Shown here piece by piece: positions 56,661-64,000 of a stretch of DNA of 64,000 nt. Position 1 is the stretch's first letter. Each line of letters begins with the position of its first letter. The DNA lies in the NCBI RefSeq assembly GCF_009914755.1, contig NC_060928.1; one strand, given 5' to 3'. Both the position numbers and the translations under genes were made by a program. The stretch is from the human T2T-CHM13v2.0 reference genome, Homo sapiens. The notes under the pieces were generated by a model. It had not been told where the DNA came from. It saw only the letters and a list, made by a program, of their open reading frames with translations, and ran no database searches.

Positions 56661-58699
56661 CAACTAAAAAGCAATTTGATATTCTAATTTATTCTAAAAT
56701 ATGTACTTATTTTCTTATTTATTGCTTATATTGTTACAGATAGCTTGTAAGGTATAATCCACGTGCCCCAATAGAGTGGAAGGTGCTGAAGATAAATAAC
56801 AGGAAAGGTCACCAGTTCAGCTCTGAAGTGTTAATCATTTACACAAGCATGGAAAAATAGAAAGTATTTATTGTTATTATAATAACTATGCAATCTGCAT
56901 TCCAAAAATCTTCTCAGTACATTAACTCTAAGGTTAAAAGAATAAATCAATACTGGGAGAATTGATATCACAGTGAGATTGTGAAACTATATTTTTAAGA
57001 GAAGTTCTTTTGACCCACTAATGTTGTTAGTTAAAAGGTCTTTTTTCTCCTCTGATCACTTCATACCGATTCTCAATTTTCAGATGTCAATGTATGCATT
57101 TTTCAGTCTTCTTGGGAAGTAACAAACGGAAGTAACTTGGTTCTACATAAGAAAACAGTTGCAGAGATTCAACTGACGACCACTGCCTTCACCACAAAAG
57201 TGAAGAAATATTCACATTCTGAGTCTACTGCATAATTCTGAGTAGCACTGAGAGGCAAATAGTGCTATAACAAGGGGTTAATATGTTCAGTCTGTCTTCA
57301 AATTGTCCCTTTTGACGAATCACCAGTTTTCTACTTTTTCAACTGAAATAAACTAATTTCTAGAAATCTTGACATTTCACATATGTAGATAGGTGCTGAC
57401 ATTTCAGTTTCAGGATGCTCAATACAGCTACCTTGAAGGCCACAGAAGATATCGAAATAAGATGCTGAAATAAATACTTAAATTTGACAGACAGTTGCCC
57501 TCTGGACCTGTGAATATTATTTCAGGTCTGTGTGGTGCTTGCACATCGCTAGACAAATATTTACATAAACTCTATTGGGTCCATTTTATTATTTATGTCT
57601 TTTCATTTTCTTTTTTACTCATAACCCAAAGAACATCATACATTTTACAAATCTTTTTGTATAGCATTTTAGATATTAGATGAAATATCCTTTTCCCACT
57701 AGTCTTGTGACTATCTGCCCTCTTATTAAATTGTTGGCTCACTCTTTCCTGAAAAAATAAAAGTTGTTTCAAACAACTGCAGCAACTTTTTATGTTCTGA
57801 AATGTTTTAGTCCCTGGGGGCAGAGCAATATCCAGAAGTGTAAGAGAAACTTTTACAAACTATGGACCAAGAAAGCTCTGCAGGGTACGTGGACAGAGGA
57901 ACAAAGTGACTCCTCTCTATTCTTCACTCCCCAGTATATGTGCCCTATATAGTCACAGAGGGACCTATTAGTAAAAAGACACATTGTCTCTGCTTGAAGT
58001 ACATACTGGTGACCAATAACTGGGATACCAAAAACTTGTGAAGTTATTTATCTATTTTAGACAAATTCTCTGTTTCTATTATAGCTAGTGTTCCAGTTTT
58101 CAGGACAATTCTATAATATTATTTCTCAGTTAGTCATTTGTGACATTATTCTCTACAGAGGTATGCAGACTGTTCATCACACCTGAAGATACCTCTCACA
58201 TGTGGCATTTGTGTGTGGGGTGTACCCCAAGGTACAATTTAAGATCATATTCCCATGTGCCTCAGAAACAGAATCATAGGATTCAAACTCTAGATCAATT
58301 TCCTACAATTTCTGTAGGATATACAGCTACATATGAGACAATACCATCCAAATCAATCAATCAGAACAAAAAGACATGGCTGCTGAAGACTAATCTTCTA
58401 TTTTGAAAGATATTCAGGGATTCTATAATAATTGTTTACTATACTGATTAATTTTTAACCCTTCTCAATTTTCTCCAAACAAATCTTAAATCAACAATGT
58501 CAAGTTGTAGTACTAAATCAACCTAAGACAGTATAATGCTGATCTCACACAGATATAAATATGTGAAATTGAATGCAAATAATCTTTGTTTTCATTTGTT
58601 TTAATCTACCATTTTATGCACAAAGATATATATAAAAGAGTTACTGTGAGCTAGTCATTGTACAAGTTACTAGTAATACTTTAGTTAACAAAGCAAGAA

Positions 58700-59310
58700 G
58701 TTATGCAGATTAAATTATAAGTGGGGAGACATAAAACAGATAAACAGAAACAATAAATATACAAATAACATAGTAGCAAGAAGATAAATTTGGGAGTATA
58801 AAATCAAGCTTAATAAGGGGAATAGGCATTCTTGGTTGGATATAGAAAGATAATATAACGTTCCGTTCAAGACTGTAAAGAAATAAAGGGATCTGACTCT
58901 TCCCTGAGTCTGATTTCTTAGGGAAAATCATTCCAAGCGGAGAGGACAGCTAGTGCAATGGCCCTGGGGTAGAAGAAACAAGACTAATGCTTTCATGGAA
59001 GAGTTGCTGGAGTAGAGGAAAAAGTTGCAGGCCCAATCACGTGGATCCTTGAAGACCACTGCAAGGACTTTGCCTTTACTCTAAGTAACAGAGGGATCAT
59101 TGGCAGGGTTTGGAACAGAGACATTATATTATTTGTCTTAGTTTTAAAGTAGATTTTTATGTCCCTATGGTGAAATATGGGGTAAAGGCATAACAGTTTT
59201 CTGGCATTGGTAGTAACGCAGGTACTAAATGGTGTTTATTTCAATAATGAGGGCAGCTGTAGAAATTGGAAAAAAAAGTACAATTCTAGATATATTGATA
59301 GAGCCAACTT
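58700..59310 (-). mobile_element. L2a fragment
   Basis: CATTCCAAGCGGAGAGGACAGCTAGTGCAATGGCCCTGGGG; CCACTGCAAGGACTTTGCCTTTACTCT. Confidence 0.75.
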
Positions 59311-59439
59311 CCTACATGTATTACATTTTAAAACTTAATATATCAAGAAATACATTGGTGCTAAAGGTATTTTTTAAAAATACAATACCTTGCTAGAGTT
59401 TGGAATTTAAATTGTACAGAAAGATAGTGGTGCTATACT

Positions 59440-59800
59440 CTCTCATATTCCCTCTGTTGGAAACTACATTTGCAAAATCTTTAGTGTCTTATTTTCTCAC
59501 CATTTAGACCTCTACTGTGATATTACCTCTTCAGTACAACTTTCCTAATGACTCTATTTTGAGTAGCACTTTCTATCATTCCTTTATTCATTTTAATTTG
59601 CTTTTTCCCCTTTCTGCATTACTATTTAACATTATATTTTTATTTCCTTATTTTAATTTTTATTTATCCATTAGTATAGTGCAATATTTATGACAACAGG
59701 GTATTTTTTTATTTTTATTTTTGCTTTTGCTATCAGATCACCAGTGTTTAAAATAGGATCTGTCATATACAAATATATTTCAAAACTTCTGAATCAAACG
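59440..59800 (+). mobile_element. L2 3' fragment
   Basis: ACCTCTTCAGT..TTTCCTAATGACTCTATTT...CAAATATATTT..TGAAT. Confidence 0.45.
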
Positions 59801-60021
59801 ATTTTTTTCTTGATATCTTATTTCACATATGCATTTTTACTATTACACAAAAAAACTACACTTTGTTTTTAAGTAGTACTAACACTATAAATAAAATAAT
59901 CACATAAAATAAACTGCTATATTCATGCTTTATGAATATTGTCTGAGTTTTGAATTTGCTGCTTTATTCAAAGGCACTCTGCAGCAGCTAGCTAAACAAT
60001 AAAAGTAGAAAAAAGTGACTT

Positions 60022-63000
60022 GCCTCCAGCAAACTCCAGTAGACCTGCAGAAGAGGGGTCTGACTGTTAGAAGGAAAACTAACAAACAGAAAGCAATAAC
60101 ATCAACATCCACAAAAAGGACGCCCACGCAAAGACCCCACCCAAAGGTCATCGGCATCAAAGATCAAAGGTAGGTAAATCCACAAAGATGAGAAAAACCA
60201 GCACAAAAATGCTGAAAATTCCAAAAAAAACCAGAATGCCTCTTTTCCTCCAAAGGATCACAACTCTTCACCAGCAAGGGAACAAAGCTGGAAGGAGAAT
60301 GAGTTTGACGAATTGACAAAAGTAGGCTTCAGAAGGTCGTAATAGCAAACTCCTCTGAACTAAAGGAGCATGTTCTAACCCAGTGCAAGGAAGCTAAGAG
60401 TCTTGATAAAAGGTTATAGGAACTGCTAACTAGTATAACCCATTTAGAGAAGAACATAAATGACCTGATGGAGCTGAAAAACACAGCAGGAGAACTTCGT
60501 GAAGCATACACAAGTATCAATAGCCGAATGGATCAAGAGGAAGAAAGGAGATCAGAGATTGAAGATCATCTTAATGAAATATAGTGTGAAGACAATATTA
60601 GAGCAAAAAAGAATGAAAAGGAATGAAAAAAGCCTCCAAGAAATATGGGACTATGTGAAAAGACCAAACCTATGGTTGATTGGGGTACCTGAAAGTGACG
60701 GGGAGAATGGAATCAAGTTGGAGAACACAATTCAGGATATTATCCAGGAGAACTTCTCCAACCTAGCAAGACAGCCAACATTCAATTCAGGAAATACAGT
60801 GAACACCACTAAGATACTCCTCAAGAAGAGCAACCCCAAGACACATAATCGTCAGATTCACCAAGGTTGAAATGAAGGAAAAAAATGTTAAAGGCAGCCA
60901 GAGAGAAAGGTCAGGTTACTTATAAAGGGAAGTCCATCAGACTAACAGTGGATCTCTCTGTGGAAACCTTACAAGCCAGAAGAGAGTGGGGGCCAATATT
61001 CAACATTCTTAAAGAAAAGAATTGTCAACCCAGAATTTTATATCCAGACAAACTAAGCTTCACAAGTGAAGGACAAGTAAAATCCCTTACAGGCAAGCAA
61101 ATGCTGAGGGATTTTTATAGCCACCAGGCCTGACTTACAAGAACTCCTGAAGGAAGCACTAAATATTGAAAGGAAAAACCAGTATGAGCCACTGCAGAAA
61201 CATACCCAAATATAAAGAGCAACCACACTTTGAAGAAACTGCATCAACTAATGGGCAGAATAAACAGTTAGCATCATGATGACAGGATAAAATTCACACA
61301 TAACAATATTAACCTTAAACATAAATGAACTAAATGTTCCAATTAAAAGACACAGACTGGCAAATTAGATAAAGAGTCAAGACTCATCAGTGTGTTGTGT
61401 TAGGGAGAACAATTTCACACGCAAAGACATGCATAAGCTCAAAATAAAGGGATGGAGAAATATTTACCAAGCAAATGGAAAGCAAAAAAAAGCAGGGGTT
61501 GCAATCCTAGCCTCCAATAAAACAGACTTTAAACCAACAAAGATCAAAACAGACAAATAGGTGCAGCACACCAACATGGCACGTGTATACATATGTAACA
61601 AACCTGCACGTTGTGCACATGTACCCTAAAACTTCAAGTATAATAAAAAAAAACAGACAAGGGCATTACATAATGGTAAAGGGGTCAATGCAACAAAAAG
61701 AGCTAACTATCCTAAATATACATGCATCCAATACAGGAGCACCCAGATTCATAAAGCAAGTTCTTAGAGACCTACAAAGAGACTTAGAGTCCCACACGAA
61801 AATAGTGGGAAACTTTAACACCCCACTGTCAATATTAGACAGCTCAACAAGACAGAAAATTAATAAGGATATTCAGGACTTGAACTCAGCTTTGGACCAA
61901 GGGGACCTAATAGACATCTACAGAACTCTCCACTCCATCAACAGAATATACATCCTTCTCAGCACCACATTGCACTTATTCTAAAATTGACCACATAATT
62001 GAAAGTAAAGCACTCCTCAGCAAATGCAAAAGAATGGAAATCATAACAAATAATCTCCCAGACCACAGTGCAATCAAATTAGAACTCAGGGTTAAGAAAC
62101 TCGCTAAAAACTGCACAACTACATGGAAACTGAACAACTGCTCCTGAATGACTACTGGGTACATAGAGAAATTAAGGCAAAAATAAATAAGTTATTTGAA
62201 ACCAATGAGAACAAAGACACAACGTACCAGAATCTCTGGGACACAGCCAAAGCAATGTTTAGAGGGAAATTTATAGCACTAAATGCTCACAGGAGAAAGT
62301 GAAAAAGATCTAAAATCGGCACCCTATCTTCACAGTTAAAAGAACTAGAGAACCAAGAGCAAGCAAATTCAAAAGCTAGCAGAAGACAAGAAATAACTAA
62401 GATCAGAGCAGAACTGAAGGAGACAGAGACACAAAAAACCTTTCAAAAAATCAATGAATCCAGGAGGTGGTTTTTTGAAAAGATTAACAAAATACATAGA
62501 CCACTTGCCAGGCTAATAAAGAAGAAAAGAGAGAAGAAACAAATAGACACAGTAGAAAATGATAAAGGGGATATCACCACTGATCCCACAGAAATACAAA
62601 CTACCATCACAGAATACTATAAACAGCTGTGTGCAAATAAACTAGAAAATCTAGAGGAAATGGATAAATTCCCAGACACATACACACTCCCAAGACTAAA
62701 CCAGGAAGAAGTTAAATCCCTGAACAGACCAATAACGAGTTCTGAAATTGAGGCAGTAGTTAAGAGCCTACCAACCAAAAAAGCTCAGGACCAGATGGAT
62801 TCAAAGCCGAATTCTACCAGAGATACAAAAAGTAGCTGGTACCATTCCTTCTGAAACTATTCCAAACAACAGAAAAAGAAGGACTCCTCCCTAACTCATT
62901 TTGTGAGACCAGTGTCATCCTGATACCAAAACCTGGCAGAGACACAATAATAAAAAAAATTTCAGGCCAATATCCATGATGAACATCAATGCGAAAATCC

Positions 63001-64000
63001 TCAATAAAATACTGGCAAACTGAATCCAGCAGCACATCAAAAAGCTTATCCACCACAATCAAGTCAGCTTCATCCCTGTGATGCCAGGCTGGATAAACAT
63101 ACAAAAATCAATAAATATAATCCATCACATAAACAGAACCAATGACAAAAAACACATGATTATCTCAATAGATGCAGAAAAGGCCTTGGATAAAATTTGA
63201 CACCCTTTCATGCTAAAAACTCTCAATAAACTTGGTACTGATGTAACATACCTGAAAATAATAAGAGCTATTTATGACAAACCCACAGCCAATATCCTAC
63301 TGAATGGGCAAAAGCTGGAAGCATTCCCTTTGAAAACCAGAACAAAACAAGGATGCCCTCTCTCACCACTTTTATTCAACATAATATTGGAAGTTCTGTC
63401 CAGGGCAATCAGGCAAGAGAAAGAAATAAAGGGCATTCAAATAGGAACAGAGGAAGTCAGATAGTTTCTGTTTGCAGATGACATGATTGTATATCTACAA
63501 AACCACGTTGTCTCAGCCCCAAAACTCCTTAAGCTGATAAGCAACTTCAGCAAAGTCTCAGGATACAAAATCAATATGCAAAAATCACAAGCATTCCATA
63601 CACCAATAATAGACAGAGAGCCAAATCATGAGTGAACTCCCATTCACAATTGCTATAAAGAGAATAAAGAGAATTCCTATACCTAGGAATACAACTTAAC
63701 AAGGGATGTGAAGGACCTCTTCAGGGAGAACTACAAGGAAATAAGAGAGGACACAAACAAATGGAAAAACATTCCATGCTCATAGGTAAGAGGAATCAAT
63801 ATCGTGAAAATGGCCATACTGCCCAAAGTAATTTATAGATTCATTGTTATTCCTATTAAGTTTCCATTGACCTTCCTCACAGAATTAGAAAAAACTACTT
63901 TAAATTTCACATGGAACCAAAAAAGAGTCTATATAGCCAAGACAATCCTAAGCAAAAAGAGCAAAGCTGGAGACATCGCACTACCTGACTTCAAACTATA
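60022..64000 (+). mobile_element. L1PA7/8-like element: partial 5' UTR, ORF1 (~60188-61215), ORF2 from ~61279; runs off the window; inactive
   Basis: SLQEIWDYVKRPNL and MLKAAREKGQVTYKG (ORF1); GHYIMVKGSMQQ (EN); [12 protein letters not shown] and FADD at ~63471 (RT); many stops and frameshifts. Confidence 0.97.
61557..61649 (+). mobile_element. 93-bp young L1PA 3' tip nested in L1 ORF2
   Basis: GGTGCAGCACACCAACATGGCAC...GTACCCTAAAACTT.AAGTATAATAAAA; TSD AAAACAGACAA at 61546-61556 and 61650-61660. Confidence 0.93.

Noticed and set aside
60188-64000. Possibly active L1
   Set aside because: 5' UTR is truncated, ORF2 has a stop right after its start, and there are many frameshifts plus a nested insertion.

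Overview
AT-rich, CpG-depleted primate (very probably human) genomic DNA, intergenic or deep-intronic. It is dominated by fossil transposable elements: L1 of many ages, Alu/FLAM, MaLR and ERVL LTRs including a two-LTR THE1 provirus, L2, MIR, Tigger3 and MER5, plus microsatellites. I find no supportable protein-coding gene. The longer ORFs are broken L1 ORF1/ORF2 pieces or chance frames in THE1, Alu or simple repeats. Subfamily names come from recalled consensus sequences and are approximate. I see no evidence of a new biological system. The real interest is retrotransposition and repair mechanics: an AluY with an inverted left arm between target-site duplications (TSDs); a 76-bp L1 patch sharing private mutations with the end of an L1 7 kb away; an antisense 5S rRNA/L1 fusion; a twin-primed L1MA; a tailless Alu monomer; an AT-rich fold-back; nested insertions; and a few weak candidate non-coding exons.
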